A DNA stretch of 63,759 nucleotides, counting the filler, from Phoronis australis (taxonomy: Eukaryota > Animalia > Phoronida): assembly GCA_002633005.1 (NCBI GenBank). It is 7 parts of 7 records of this genome, joined end to end, with 100 filler letters (N's around TTAATTAATTAA, not from the genome) between each part and the next. Parts side by side here need not be neighbours in the genome. Positions count along the whole stretch, not along the records: positions 62,377 to 63,759 come from NMRA01001333.1; 6 more parts are not named here. One strand, 5' to 3'. A program made the position numbers and the translations under genes. Under the pieces are notes generated by a model. It was not told the DNA's origin, made no database searches, and saw only the letters and a list, made by a program, of their open reading frames with translations. Shown here in pieces: positions 63,096-63,759 of this stretch. How positions within the stretch are numbered: position 1 is the stretch's first letter; every line of letters starts with the position of its first letter.

Positions 63096-63759
63096 TGTGT
63101 GAAATGAAGGTGGATGGCGCACAAGTGTAACGCAGGCGACAGCAAAAGACGGCATTTTGATTATTATTCATTTTAGCAGTTGCATCAAATGACTCGTCCG
63201 AAAACAAAGGGACGCAGTTTAGACTGGTAAAATAGGACAGTGAAAAATGGAAATTAGTGAAAACACATTGTGCTATCCGTCTTGGACGGGTTTTTAGGTT
63301 TTGCTTTTAATAGTGAATTATGTGGAGTATTCCGCTGTTTTCGCATGGACTTGTGAGGTCGCTCCAACCTCAGGCGCCATTTTTCTGGTTTTCATGCCCT
63401 AACATAAATTTGCAGACAAAAATTTCACCTTGTGCGGTAACCTATGTCGTACAGACTTAGTGGCTCTATTGAAAATCGATTCAAAAGTGCCTGGTTCCTG
63501 ATTGTGATGCTTATTCAGCGTGAATGAGCTTATAATCAATTTTGTTTCGACTCTTTATTTGCTGATGGAGGCATCTTACTGTTTTGCCACGTGCAATCAT
63601 GCTGAACATCGGGCGATTGGTTTCAAGCGGTTTCATGGTGGGTTGATCTAGCTCAACTCAGGTACTTGGGCGTGTCTGGCAGAGATAACCCACCACTAGA
63701 TTTGTCTGGCAGTATTTATTCTTGATACCTGGGCTTACGGCGAATATTTTGCAACTGGT

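Overview
Repeat-rich, intron-containing animal (most likely invertebrate) genomic DNA, not prokaryotic. The window is a patchwork: six 100-bp spacers (44 N + TTAATTAATTAA + 44 N) separate seven segments whose adjacency may be artificial, and there is one 789-N gap. Host genes recognised by eye: the first coding exon of a plexin (Sema domain, 8815-9822 +); a single-coding-exon TRIM RING/B-box/coiled-coil/NHL gene (18707-20698 +); ten exons of a GAT-1/SLC6A1-like GABA transporter (25846-38245 -, with 5' exons and one internal exon absent); four exons of cytosolic alpha-mannosidase MAN2C1 (48122-51062 +); and one M14 carboxypeptidase exon (57637-57735 +). The rest is dominated by mobile DNA: a disrupted CR1/L2-type LINE, an inverted Penelope-like element, Academ elements, many MITEs with 5-bp TSDs, and a dense set of TTAA-targeting Kolobok-type elements. 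Two Kolobok families keep the 5' stubs of a convergent THAP-transposase / KolX gene pair. Several insertions can be checked against empty sites inside the window. I see no clearly new protein-coding system. The most novel signals concern Kolobok biology: TTAA flanks at apparently non-TTAA targets, promoter-like motifs in the TIRs, and a copy with two left ends. All family assignments are motif recognition without database searches.
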